The position numbers and the translations under genes are program-made. A stretch of DNA of 37,046 bases from a virus (lineage: Duplodnaviria > Heunggongvirae > Uroviricota > Caudoviricetes): IMG/VR virus record IMGVR_UViG_2896601577_000003. One strand, given 5' to 3'. Positions 9,052 through 18,476 of this stretch are shown here, one piece after another (the stretch's first letter is position 1; every line of letters begins with the position of its first letter). Below the pieces are notes generated by a model. The model had not been told where the DNA came from, did not search any database, and saw nothing but the letters and a program-made list of their open reading frames with translations.

Positions 9052-9219
9052 TGGAGCACCTCAAAAACACCATCATACACTAAATCAGTAAGTTGGCAGC
9101 ATCACCGAAGGACGGCAAGGACATTGTGCCCGATCGCATCCGTTCCGCGCTTGGGCTTGGCTGATAAGTAATATGCTGGCGGCGCAGTGCGTCGCCTCTG
9201 ACTGAAAAGGAGACAACAG

Positions 9220-9594
9220 ATGAAAGACATCGATACTGAAACCCGGAATAACACCGTGGCGGATAATGTGACGGCAGTTGAGGATATGGCTGTCGAACGT
9301 GGCGTAAAACTGACCCGACCAATTGAGCGTGGTGGCGAAAAAATCACGTATGTGGAGATCACCGGGGCTATTGAGCAGGCTGGATCCCTGCGTGGTCTGT
9401 CGCTGTCTGATGTGCTGAATCTGAAAGCGGATACCATGTTCACGCTGTTGCCTCGCGTGACCTCGCCACGACTGGATGAAGTGATGATTAAAAAAATGTC
9501 GTCACGCGATTTTATTCAGTTGTGCGCTGTGGCTGTAAATTTTATGAGCGAGCCAGACTCTGGCGCGAAGAGCGTGCAGGAGACGGCAGCGTAA
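9220..9594 (+). CDS. E: Tail assembly chaperone (P2 gpE-like)
   Basis: 124-aa ORF between the tube and tape-measure genes. A downstream ORF in the -1 frame (open from 9492 to 9758) overlaps its 3' end, the conserved chaperone frameshift arrangement. Confidence 0.8.
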   Translation: MKDIDTETRNNTVADNVTAVEDMAVERGVKLTRPIERGGEKITYVEITGAIEQAGSLRGLSLSDVLNLKADTMFTLLPRVTSPRLDEVMIKKMSSRDFIQLCAVAVNFMSEPDSGAKSVQETAA

Positions 9595-9758
9595 TCACCC
9601 TGGTGTGCTTTGAGCACATCGAAGATCTGGTGGCGGATATTGCCGCCATTTTTAACTGGTCGCCCGCCGAAATCTTCATGATGACGCCCTGCGAAGTGGT
9701 TAGCTGGCGTGAGCGAGCGGCACTTCGTAGCGGGAATGCAGACAATGAAGACTCTTGA
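9492..9758 (+). CDS. E' extension reached by programmed -1 frameshift (E+E' fusion)
   Basis: -1 frame is open from 9492. A run of seven A (9490-9496, …ATT AAA AAA ATG… in the E frame) lies exactly where the two frames overlap. Confidence 0.55.
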   Translation, partial: KNVVTRFYSVVRCGCKFYERARLWREERAGDGSVITLVCFEHIEDLVADIAAIFNWSPAEIFMMTPCEVVSWRERAALRSGNADNEDS

Positions 9759-12551
9759 TATCCGGGTCGCTTTCAGCGCCGTTGACAGGCTGACCCGGCC
9801 TGCCGAAAACGCCCGCCGCCTGATGGGGCAGTTTGGTGACTCCATCCAGCGAACGCAGGGGGCGATCAAAAATCTCGAGCGTCAGGCGCGATCATTTGAG
9901 CGCGCCCGTGACGCTGTCAGTAAAGCGGATGCGGGCATCGTGAAAGCACGACGCCAGCTTAACGCCCTTAATCAGTTACAACGCACGGGTACAGTGCTCA
10001 GCGAAAAACAACAAAAGCTGATGCAGCAGTTAAGCACCCGGCTTGAACGCCTGAATGAATCGCGCACACGGGAAATTCAGAAAATGCGGGAGCTTGGCGG
10101 AGAGCTGAAACGCCACGGCATTTCCCTGACAGGCAGCGATAACACCATCCAGCAGGCCATCAGACGCACCGAACAGTACAACAACCAGCTTGAACGCGAA
10201 CGGCAGGCGCTTGCGCGTGTAACACGGGCGCGTGAGCGGTATTCGCGCGCGCAGGAAACAGCGGGAAAACTGAAAACAGGTGGTGCGCTGGCAATTGGTG
10301 CGGCAGCGGCGGGCGGCTATGCTGCCGGGCGTTTTTTGCAGCCTGCGATCGGGTTCGGCAAAGAGATGTTCCGCGTTCAGGCACTGACGCGAATCGACCA
10401 GAACAGCCCGCAGTTTAAGGCGCTGCGTGAGCAGGCGTTAAAACTTGGCTCTGAAACGCAGTTCACCGCAGGCGATGCCGCCAGTGGACAGGCATTTCTT
10501 GCAATGGCTGGCTTTACACCACAGGCCATTCAGGCTGCGCTCCCTGGCGTACTGAGCATGGCAACGGCTGGCGGTATGGACCTCGGTGAGACGGCGGATA
10601 TTGGCTCAAATATTCTGACGCAGTTCGGTCTTTCTGCTGACCAGATGGACCGGGTCGGCGACACACTCACCGCAGCGTTTACCCGTACCAACACTGACCT
10701 TCGCGCACTGGGTGAAACCATGAAATATGCAGGTCCGGTGGCGGGTAAGCTGGGAATATCTCTGGAGCAGGCCGCAGCGATGGCGGGCGTGCTGGCGAAT
10801 ATGGGTATCAGGGGGAGTGATGCTGGTACGGCAATGCGTGCCAGCCTGGCTCGTCTGGCATCACCGCCAAAGGCGGCAGCAGAGGCGCTGAAAGAGCTTG
10901 GCGTGTCTGTCTCGGATGCCGGGGCAAAATGCGCCCGATGGAGGATGTGCTGGCTGACCTTTATAAAGCTACCCGCAAATACGGGGAAGTTGACCGGGTA
11001 TCGTTCTTTAAGGACATTGCCGGAGAAGAGGCTTTCACATCATTTATGGCCCTCGTTGATGCGGCAGGTGACGGCTCCTTACCCAAACTGAGAAAAGAAC
11101 TTGAAGGCGCGCGCGGTGAGGCTGAACGCACGGCAAAGGTTATGGCCAACAACCTTGACGGCGATCTGAAATCACTCAGCAGTGCATGGGAAGGGTTGCG
11201 CATCCGCATTGCAGATCTGATTGACGGTCCGCTGCGTTCTGTCACGCAGTGGCTCACGCGTGTGGTATCAAAGGTGACGGCGCTGGCGCAGGCCCATCCC
11301 GCACTGACGCGCCAGCTACTGATTGCAGGCGGTGCATTGCTGGCAATGACTGCAACGGTTGGCTCGTTGTCGCTGGCTATTGGTGTGCTTGCTGGCCCGC
11401 TGGCAAAACTGCGTCTTGGTTTTTCCCTCCTGACCGGATCAATGAATGCTGTCAGGGTTCTGCCAGCACTATGGGGAATGGTGACGGGTTCCGTTTCTTT
11501 ACTGGGAGGCGCTATCGGGGCGTTGTTCAGTCCGGTTGGTCTTATCGTGGCTGCGCTTGCCGGAGCTGCCGTTCTTATCTGGAAATACTGGGATCCCATC
11601 AGGGCATTTTTTGCCGGGGTGTTCAGCGGGATTATGGAAAGGCTGACCCCGTTGCGCGAAACATTTGAACGGTTTGGTCCTGTTTTTGACGCAATCGGGA
11701 GTGGGATCAGCCAGGTGTTTAACTGGTTTAAATCGCTGCTGTCACCGATGGAGTCCAGCAAGGAAACTCTGGATAAATGTACCAGTGCTGGCGAGATATT
11801 CGGTAACGTTCTTGGCGGTGCGTTACAACTTGTTCTGACACCTGCAAAAATGTTGCTGGATACGCTGGCGTGGATACTTGAAAAGCTTGGTGTGCTTCCG
11901 GATGAAGCGGAAAGGGCGCGCAAGAAAATCGAAGACGCACAGCGTGCGGCCATTCTTCAGGACAAGGTTGCCTTGCTTCAGGGGGACCTGGCGAAAATCA
12001 ATCCGCCGAAGCCTGTGGAAAATGGCAATGGCACCGGAGGTGATAACCCCAAAGACAATAAACCGCTCACAGACAGCAATACCGGTACGCTGCGCAGACT
12101 CAGCAAAATTGCTGATAACACAGGTAAGCTGGTTGAGGAGACGAAAAAACGCATTGGCCCCGGCGATATTGTCTTTAAAAACCTGCCCCGAGCACTTGCT
12201 GTTCGTGGGGAGTGGCAGGAGCGGAAGATTGCGCAGGTCAGTAAGCCTGCCCCCGCAATTAATATCACACCCGTGGTTCCGGCTCCGCTGCCTCCGGCGC
12301 TGGTCCCTGTTGTTGCGGCCAGCTCCCGCCCGGTGGCGGAGGCTATACGATCTCCAGTGGCATCAGTTCCTGTAACTTCCCGTAACCGGGAGCCTGTTGC
12401 CTCCGGATTTGGTGGTGAAATTCATGTTCATCTGCATAACGTTGTTACGCAGAATCCCCGCGAACTGGCGAAACTGGTCGGTGAAATGGTCAGGGCAGAA
12501 ATGGAACGGCGCGCCCGTGCCGGGCGTGGCTGTTTTTACGATAAAGATTGA
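9736..12551 (+). pseudogene. T: Tail tape-measure protein (P2 gpT-like), split into two overlapping ORFs by a frame break
   Basis: ORFs 9709..11091 and 10929..12551 together give an ~810-aa Ala/Gly-rich protein with a hydrophobic central segment, typical of tape-measure proteins. The frames switch between about 10900 and 11090. Confidence 0.85.
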
Positions 12552-12557
12552 GGAGTC

Positions 12558-13052
12558 ATGGCCATGATGATGATCTACGGCATGTTTGTTTTTGAGCTGC
12601 GCACGCTGCCGCATCAGCAGTTACAGCAAAACAAAAGCTGGCGGCATGTGAAAAATGAACGCGTTAACCGTTCAGCAAGCTGGCAGTATATCGGTGCAGG
12701 TGATGATCGCATCGTTCTTTCTGGTGTGCTTTATCCTGAAATTACAGGTGGCGAAGTGTCGCTGTCGCTGCTGACCACGCAGGCGTATACAGGACGACCC
12801 TGGCCTTTGATTGATGGCGTCGGGCAGATTTACGGCATGTATGTCCTGACTGAAACGAATACGACCCGCTCCGAGTTTGATCGCTACGGTAAGGCGAAAA
12901 AGATAGAATTTTCACTGACTCTTGAACGCTGTGATGAGGATTTGCGGGAGCGCCTGCAATCCTCATCGTTCAGTGATATGCTGTCCGGCTTCAAAGATAA
13001 GGTGACATCATCTCTTAACAGCGCGGCCAGTTCAGTTAAAGGGCTGTTCTGA
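12558..13052 (+). CDS. U: Tail protein (P2 gpU-like)
   Basis: 164-aa ORF immediately after the tape-measure gene; sequence is consistent with the P2 gpU family as recalled. Confidence 0.8.
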   Translation: MAMMMIYGMFVFELRTLPHQQLQQNKSWRHVKNERVNRSASWQYIGAGDDRIVLSGVLYPEITGGEVSLSLLTTQAYTGRPWPLIDGVGQIYGMYVLTETNTTRSEFDRYGKAKKIEFSLTLERCDEDLRERLQSSSFSDMLSGFKDKVTSSLNSAASSVKGLF

Positions 13053-13065
13053 TTTAACACAAAAA

Positions 13066-13097
13066 CCGCTAATGGTCAGATTAGCGGTTTTCATTTT
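13066..13097. terminator. Bidirectional hairpin between convergent U and invertase genes
   Basis: Perfect 12-bp inverted repeat AAAACCGCTAAT / ATTAGCGGTTTT with a 6-nt loop, flanked by T-rich tracts on both strands. It overlaps the invertase stop codon. Confidence 0.5.
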
Positions 13098-13697
13098 CCT
13101 GAGTCTGCCCGGTTGTTTCTTCAGTCTGTATATCGCCTACAGGGTGATAACGATAAATCGTCGATGTGCCAATGCCGTAAATTATTGCCAGTTGTTTTCT
13201 GTCGTGCCCGTTTTTGATTAGCCTTGCTATTTGCTCATGCTGTTCTTTTGTCAGCTTCGGTCGACGTCCGCCTGTGCGCCCCTTGCGCGCGCTGCCGCCA
13301 GCCCGGCCAGTGTACGTTCAACAATTAATTCACGTTCCATTTCAGCCAGGGCACCCATCACGTGGAAGAAAAAACGCCCCATTGGAGAAGATGTGTCTAT
13401 GCTGTCGGTCAGACTGCGAAAATTAATCCCTCGCTCCCGTAGTTCCCCGACGAGAGAAATCAGATGTTTCATGCTTCGCCCGAGGCGATCCAGTTTCCAG
13501 ACAACCAGCGTGTCACCTTTTTGAAGGCGCTTTAAAGCGCGTTTTAATCCCGGTCGGTCTGTCTTTGTCCCGCTTAATTTATCTTCAAATATTTGTTCAC
13601 ATCCTGCACAAACAAGAGCGTTTCGTTGCAGGTCTGTATTCTGGTCATTTGTTGATACCCTTACATAGCCAATCAGCACACTGAATCTCCCGTCCAA
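13081..13697 (-). CDS. Serine DNA invertase (Hin/Gin/Pin/Cin family), one frame break near the catalytic-domain/HTH junction
   Basis: N-terminus …LIGYVRVSTNDQNTDLQRNAL…DTLVVWKLDRLGRSMKHLISLVGELRERGINFRSLTDSIDTSSPMGRFFFHVMGALAEMERELIVERT… is typical of this family. The C-terminal HTH (GRTGGRRPKLTKEQHEQIARLIKNGHDRKQLAIIYGIGTSTIYRY) is read in a shifted frame from about 13255. Confidence 0.85.
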
Positions 13698-13733
13698 AAG
13701 CGCAAATCATGCCATGCAGGCCAGAAACGGCCA

Positions 13734-13759
13734 TTATTTAAAACCTCGGTTTACAGGAA
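13734..13759. repeat. gix/hix-like 26-bp crossover site (left boundary of the invertible tail-fibre cassette)
   Basis: TTATTTAAAACCTCGGTTTACAGGAA closely resembles the Mu gix site as I recall it, and is a 21/26 inverted match to the site at 17187-17212. Confidence 0.7.
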
Positions 13760-14620
13760 ACGGTAAACAGGGCTGGTAACGCCGTGCAAAAAAATGGCGA
13801 TACCTTGTCCGGTGGGCTTACTTTTGAAAATGACTCAATCCTTGCCTGGATTCGAAATACTGACTGGGCGAAGATTGGATTTAAAAATGATGCCGATGGT
13901 GACACTGATTCATACATGTGGTTTGAAACAGGCGACAACGGCAATGAATATTTCAAATGGAGAAGCCGCCAGAGCACCACAACAAAAGACCTGATGACGC
14001 TGAAATGGGATGCACTAAATATTCTTGTTAATGCTGTCATTAATGGCAGTCTTGGAGTTGGTTCGACGAATGCGTTAGGTGGTAGCTCTATTGTTCTTGG
14101 TGATAATGACACCGGATTTAAACAGAATGGAGACGGTATTCTGGATGTTTATGCTAATAGTCAGCGTGTATTCCGCTTTCAGAATGGAGTGGCTATTGCT
14201 TTTAAAAATATTCAGGCCGGGGATGGTAAAAAATTCACGCTATCCAGCTCCAACAACTTCACAAAGAATGCAACGTTTAATTTATGGGGTGCTTCAACCC
14301 GTCCAGTAGTTGCAGAGTTAGGCGATGAGGCAGGATGGCATTTCTATAGCCAGCGAAATACAGATAACTCGGTAATATTTTCTGTTAACGGTCAGATACA
14401 GCCCAGCAACTGGGGGAATTTTGATTCACGCTATGTAAAAGATGTTCGCCTGGGTACGCGTGTTGTTCAATTGATGGCGCGTGGTGGTCGTTATGAAAAA
14501 GCCGGACACGCAATTACCGGATTAAGAATCATTGGTGAAGTAGATGGCGATGATGAAGCCATCTTCAGACCAATACAAAAATACATCAATGGCACATGGT
14601 ATAACGTCGCACAGGTGTAA
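13760..14620 (+). CDS. Alternative tail-fibre C-terminal variable domain (Sv), currently in the silent orientation
   Basis: Open frame from the crossover site; ends …IQKYINGTWYNVAQV, parallel to the other variable domain (…IQYCINGTWYNAGSI). Followed by a tail-fibre assembly gene. Confidence 0.7.
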   Translation, partial: TVNRAGNAVQKNGDTLSGGLTFENDSILAWIRNTDWAKIGFKNDADGDTDSYMWFETGDNGNEYFKWRSRQSTTTKDLMTLKWDALNILVNAVINGSLGVGSTNALGGSSIVLGDNDTGFKQNGDGILDVYANSQRVFRFQNGVAIAFKNIQAGDGKKFTLSSSNNFTKNATFNLWGASTRPVVAELGDEAGWHFYSQRNTDNSVIFSVNGQIQPSNWGNFDSRYVKDVRLGTRVVQLMARGGRYEKAGHAITGLRIIGEVDGDDEAIFRPIQKYINGTWYNVAQV

Positions 14621-14623
14621 ATT

Positions 14624-15151
14624 ATGCAGCATTTAAAAAATATTAAGTCCGGAAATCCAAAAACAAAAGAACAATATCAGCTAACAAAGAATTTTGATGT
14701 TATCTGGTTATGGTCCGAAGACGGTAAAAACTGGTATGAGGAAGTAAATAACTTTCAGGACGACACCATAAAGATTGTATACGACGAAAATAATATTATT
14801 GTTGCCATAACCAAAGATGCCTCAACGCTTAATCCCGAAGGCTTTAGTGTCGTTGAGATTCCAGATATAACAGCCAATCGTCGCGCCGATGATTCAGGGA
14901 AGTGGATGTTTAAGGACGGAACTGTGGTTAAGCGGATTTATACAGCAGACGAACAGCAACAACAGGCCGAATCACAAAAGGTCGCGTTGCTTTCTGAAGC
15001 TGAAAGCGTTATTCAGCCACTGGAACGCGCTGTCAGGCTGAATATGGCGATGGATGAGGAACGCACACGACTGGAGTCATGGGAACGCTACAGCGTTCTG
15101 GTCAGCCGTGTGGATACAGCAAATCCCGAATGGCCACAAAAGCCTGAGTAA
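14624..15151 (+). CDS. Tail-fibre assembly protein (Tfa/U type) for the silent fibre variant
   Basis: 175 aa, N-terminus [40 protein letters not shown]…; paralogous to ORF 15180..15713 on the opposite strand. Confidence 0.8.
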   Translation: MQHLKNIKSGNPKTKEQYQLTKNFDVIWLWSEDGKNWYEEVNNFQDDTIKIVYDENNIIVAITKDASTLNPEGFSVVEIPDITANRRADDSGKWMFKDGTVVKRIYTADEQQQQAESQKVALLSEAESVIQPLERAVRLNMAMDEERTRLESWERYSVLVSRVDTANPEWPQKPE

Positions 15152-15179
15152 AAATTAAGGCCCAATATCGGGCCTTCTC

Positions 15180-15713
15180 TCATTCTGGTTGTTCGGGAAA
15201 CGTTACTGGCAGGCTGGAGGTGTCTGTAGATTCGACTTTCTGCGCATAGAGCATCCACTCGGTTAATTTTTGTTTATTCTCGTCGGAAATGATGCCCAGC
15301 CGTAGCTGTGAGTCCCATAGCTGGGTTTTATCCCTGACAAGTTGCAACAGGCTTTGCTTTTCATTTTCCGCTTGTTGCCTCTGCTCTTCCTCGGTATAAG
15401 TTCGCTTTATCACTACGCCATCTTTGAACAACCATTTCCCCGAAATATCAGCCCGGCGATTTGCTGTAATATCAGGTAATTCAACGACGCTTGCGCCTTC
15501 CGGATTAATTGCTGAAACATCCTTTTCAATACAAATAATAACGCCGTTATGGTCATAGACCATTTTCAAAGTGTCTGGCTGGAAATTCTTTTGTTCCTCA
15601 TACCAGTTTTTTCCATCATCTGAATAAAGCCATTTGATGTTAAATTGCTTTGTTAGCTGGTATTGCTCTTTTGTTTTAGGGTTGCCAGCAGTAATGTTTT
15701 TTAAGTGCATCAT
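15180..15713 (-). CDS. Tail-fibre assembly protein (Tfa/U' type) for the currently joined fibre variant
   Basis: 177 aa [40 protein letters not shown]…; convergent with its paralogue, as in Mu/P1-type invertible fibre cassettes. Confidence 0.8.
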   Translation of the reverse strand: MMHLKNITAGNPKTKEQYQLTKQFNIKWLYSDDGKNWYEEQKNFQPDTLKMVYDHNGVIICIEKDVSAINPEGASVVELPDITANRRADISGKWLFKDGVVIKRTYTEEEQRQQAENEKQSLLQLVRDKTQLWDSQLRLGIISDENKQKLTEWMLYAQKVESTDTSSLPVTFPEQPE

Positions 15714-15715
15714 CG

Positions 15716-17186
15716 TTAAATACTCCCCGCGTTATACCACGTCCCATTAATGCAATACTGAATTGGCCTTGCCTGTGTTGTATCAATTAATTCATCACGG
15801 TTTCCGTTAACTGAACCCGTAACGACATAACCTGACCTGTCAGACCAGCCGGGACCATTCCATGTCTGAACAGATGACAGACCGCCAAGGCGAATACCTG
15901 TAATAAACCTTGAGTTACATTCTGCCCGCGTATATGCACCAACATCTCCCGCTGAAGGTTTTCGTGTCGTGGTATAGAAATCTGACCAACCTAATTCAAC
16001 CCGGTAATGACTCCAACTTATTGATAGTGTTTTATGTTCAGATAATGCCCGATGACTTTGTCATGCAGCTCCACCGATTTTGAGAACGACAGCGACTTCC
16101 GTCCCAGCCGTGCCAGGTGCTGCCTCAGATTCAGGTTATGCCGCTCAATTCGCTGCGTATATCGCTTGCTGATTACGTGCAGCTTTCCCTTCAGGCGGGA
16201 TTCATACAGTGGCCAGCCATCCGTCATCCATATCACCACGTCAAAGGGTGACAGCAAGCTCATAAGACGCCCCAGCGTCGCCATAGTGCGTTCACCGAAT
16301 ACGTGCGCAACAACCGTCTTCCGGAGCCTGTCATACGCGTAAAACAGCCAGCGCTGGCGCGATTTAGCCCCGACGTATCCCCACTGTTCGTCCATTTCCG
16401 CGCAGACGATGACGTCACTGCCCGGCTGTATGCGCGAGGTTACCGACTGCGGCCTGAGTTTTTTAAGTGACGTAAAATCGTGTTGAGGCTAACGCCCATA
16501 ATGCGTGCAGTTGCCCGGCATCCAACGCCATTCATGGCCATATCAATAATTTTCTGGTGCGTACCGGGTTGAGAAGCGGTGTAAGTGAACTGCAGTTGCC
16601 ATGTTTTACGGCAGTGAGAGCAGAGATAGCGCTGATGTCCGGCAGTGCTTTTGCCGTTACGCACCACCCGTCAGTAGCTGAACAGGAGGGACAGCTGATA
16701 GAAACAGAAGCCACTGGAGCACCTCAAAAACACCATCATACACTAAATCAGTAAGTTGGCAGCATCACCATTCAACCCCATAACCATCACGAGCCGACCT
16801 GTAGGAAATGCCACCATTTTTATAATTCACACGGAATTGTACGGCAGGACAGCTACCAGCATTTATATTAAAGTGAAGAATTAATGTAGATGCACCACCA
16901 ATCAGGGCGTTATATGCACTACTATCCCAATTCCATCCAATGGATGTATCACCATTAACAGTATTACCTGTTTGTCGGAGTGCAAATGCATTGACATTTT
17001 TGGCACTAATTGAAATATCGCTAGAACCATCAAAACCAACTCCAGCAATTTTTCGTGCTGTTTTCAGCTTTGTTGCAGTAGCGGCATTGCCGGACAGTTC
17101 CCAGAAAGGCCACCGCTGAATGTTTGTCGATTGGTCCAGGTATTCGCTGTACTGAGTAACGGTATTTTCTCCCCGCTTGTGCCGAG
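15716..17186 (-). pseudogene. Tail-fibre variable C-terminal segment (Sv') joined in frame to H, interrupted by IS1 copy 2
   Basis: Reading on from H through the crossover site gives …AKNVNAFALRQTGNTVNGDTSIGWNWDSSAYNALIGG…DGYGVE | IS1 | …GWSDFYTTTRKPSAGDVGAYTRAE…IQYCINGTWYNAGSI, stop at 15718-15716. Confidence 0.7.
16003..16769 (-). mobile_element. IS1 copy 2 inserted inside the invertible tail-fibre cassette
   Basis: Same termini as copy 1. Perfect 9-bp target-site duplication ATTCAACCC at 15994-16002 and 16770-16778. InsB intact (16018..16395); insA frame-broken at a C-run (ORFs 16440..16667 and 16532..16714). Confidence 0.95.
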
Positions 17187-18476
17187 TTCTCGTAAACCGA
17201 GGTATTCGATAACGGCAGCAACGGTCGATTTCGCAAGAATATCCCGCCCGACTTTTGTCAGGGTTGCCAGGCTGGCGACATCATTCCCCGTAAAATACGG
17301 AAACCTGTCTGCCGCAGTAGCAAGCCCGGCCAGCGCCGTCAGGGTGGCATCTTTCGGTTGCTTACCCGCAAGCGCGTTAGTCATGGTGGTCGCAAAATTC
17401 GGGTCGTTTCCCAGCGCCGCCGCTAACTCGTTCAGCGTATTCAGTGCGTCAGGTGACGAATCTACAAGGGCGGCAATCGCAGCCATAACGAAAGCCGTGC
17501 TTGCGATTTGGGTATTATTCGTTCCCTGTCGCGCAGTTGGCGTTGTTGGCGTTCCGGTCAGCGCAGGACTGTTTAAGGGCGCTTTCTTGTTCGTTTCATC
17601 CATTACCGCCTTAACCGCTTTCGATGTCGCGGCCAGTGTTTCAGACGTGCTGTTGGTGGCACTACTGAGCTGGACTATCCCTTTTTGTGCCGTCGTGGCG
17701 TCCTGAGCGGTATATTTTGCGTTAGCAAGGTCATACGCGGCCTTTACTGCTTTCGGCGTTGCAGCCTGCGTTTCAGACGTGCTGTTGGTGGCGCTACTGA
17801 GCTGGACAAGGCCTTTTCGCGTCGTGCTGGCATCCTGCGCAGTATATTTACCGTTAGCAAGATCATACGCGGCCTTTACTGCTTTCGGCGTTGCAGCCTG
17901 CGTTTCAGACACGCTGTTAGTGGCGCTACTGAGTTGAACAAAGCCTTTTGCGGTCAGCGAGGCGTCCGGGTGACGTCGTGACTGTTCATGCTCTTTCAGT
18001 TTGTCATCCACGTAATCCACTGTGGCCATCACCATGGTGTTGTCCACGGTAAGCGCCACGGTGGCAGTGCTGGATACGGTCAGAATGGTGCGAAATGTTT
18101 GTGCACGACCGGACCCTTCGGCAACGGCTGGCTTGTAACTTTCGGCAGTATTTCCCACCGCGATTAAATCGCCGTGCTCATCAAATACACCAATTTCCCG
18201 GATCCAGAATCCGCCCGTTTCAGGAGGAATAACCAGCTCCGCAATAATGCGGTTCTGATGTGTTGCGTCCAGGATGACGCGATTAACAGTATGTCGCCAC
18301 ACCTCATGCACCAGACGGGTCTGCTTACTGTCTGGTGTGGGCAACGTGCCGCCACCGTCGCCCACGGCCATATGAGTCAGGCGGACAGGCTTACCATCTG
18401 GCGCGGCTACCTGAGCTAATTTTTTTGCACCCGTATCGGTGATAATGGTTTTAAATTTTCGTGTTGTGGTACTCAT
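17064..18476 (-). CDS. H: Tail fibre protein, constant N-terminal part (P2 gpH-like)
   Basis: 470-aa ORF with three tandem copies of a fibre repeat (…VQLSSATNSTSETQAATPKAVKAAYDLAN…). The ORF ends at 17064 only because of a 1-nt break near 17100; the reading frame otherwise continues through the crossover site into Sv'. Confidence 0.85.
   Translation of the reverse strand: MSTTTRKFKTIITDTGAKKLAQVAAPDGKPVRLTHMAVGDGGGTLPTPDSKQTRLVHEVWRHTVNRVILDATHQNRIIAELVIPPETGGFWIREIGVFDEHGDLIAVGNTAESYKPAVAEGSGRAQTFRTILTVSSTATVALTVDNTMVMATVDYVDDKLKEHEQSRRHPDASLTAKGFVQLSSATNSVSETQAATPKAVKAAYDLANGKYTAQDASTTRKGLVQLSSATNSTSETQAATPKAVKAAYDLANAKYTAQDATTAQKGIVQLSSATNSTSETLAATSKAVKAVMDETNKKAPLNSPALTGTPTTPTARQGTNNTQIASTAFVMAAIAALVDSSPDALNTLNELAAALGNDPNFATTMTNALAGKQPKDATLTALAGLATAADRFPYFTGNDVASLATLTKVGRDILAKSTVAAVIEYLGLRELGTSGEKIPLLSTANTWTNRQTFSGGLSGNCPAMPLLQQS
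17187..17212. repeat. gix/hix-like 26-bp crossover site (right boundary), inside the H coding sequence
   Basis: TTCTCGTAAACCGAGGTATTCGATAA; its reverse complement TTATCGAATACCTCGGTTTACGAGAA matches the site at 13734-13759 at 21/26 positions. Confidence 0.7.
17600..17990. repeat. Three tandem ~132-bp repeats inside H (tail-fibre repeat motif)
   Basis: Near-identical DNA units, for example starting 17731 and 17863, encoding KG(L/I)VQLSSATNS(T/V)SETQAATPKAVKAAYDLAN(G/A)KYTAQDA…; boundaries approximate. Confidence 0.6.

Larger units (their letters stand above)
8339..9106 (-). mobile_element. IS1 copy 1 (768 bp) inserted in FII
   Basis: Ends GGTAATGACTCCAACTTATTGATAGTG (8339…) and …CAGTAAGTTGGCAGCATCACC (…9106). 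Perfect 9-bp target-site duplication GAAGGACGG at 8330-8338 and 9107-9115. InsA and InsB ORFs present; A6C slip motif at about 8793-8802 on the reverse strand. Confidence 0.95.
7877..9163 (+). pseudogene. FII: Tail tube protein (P2 FII-like), disrupted by two frame breaks and by IS1 near its 3' end
   Basis: Starts MAVPKHLRFFTLFVDGENEVGNVTSVTLPKLTRKTDSYRGGGMMGAVSIDLGLDD. Frame lost near 8080 and again near 8265; the continuation …ELFLKYGGTIDGTLLRFAGEYYTDAESDLYEVEMRGRVTEIDMGEAKQGEA… is readable in shifted frames. IS1 occupies 8339-9106; the last ~18 codons resume after it and end TGA at 9161-9163. Confidence 0.8.

Noticed and set aside
10961-11953. 330-aa minus-strand ORF inside the tape-measure gene (also 10160..10384, 10530..10721, 11728..11940, 11978..12268)
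   Set aside because: Long antisense ORFs are expected in GC-rich, stop-poor tape-measure genes; the sense frame carries the coherent protein.
13066-13097. The AAAACC…GGTTTT hairpin as a third gix-like recombination site explaining the F-block inversion
   Set aside because: The AAACC and GGTTT halves are separated by 18 bp instead of the 2-bp core of hix/gix sites; better explained as a bidirectional terminator.
17131-17981. Plus-strand ORFs 17131..17706 and 17685..17981 with internally repeated peptide
   Set aside because: They are the antisense image of the tandem fibre repeats in H; the repetition reflects the DNA repeat, not a gene.
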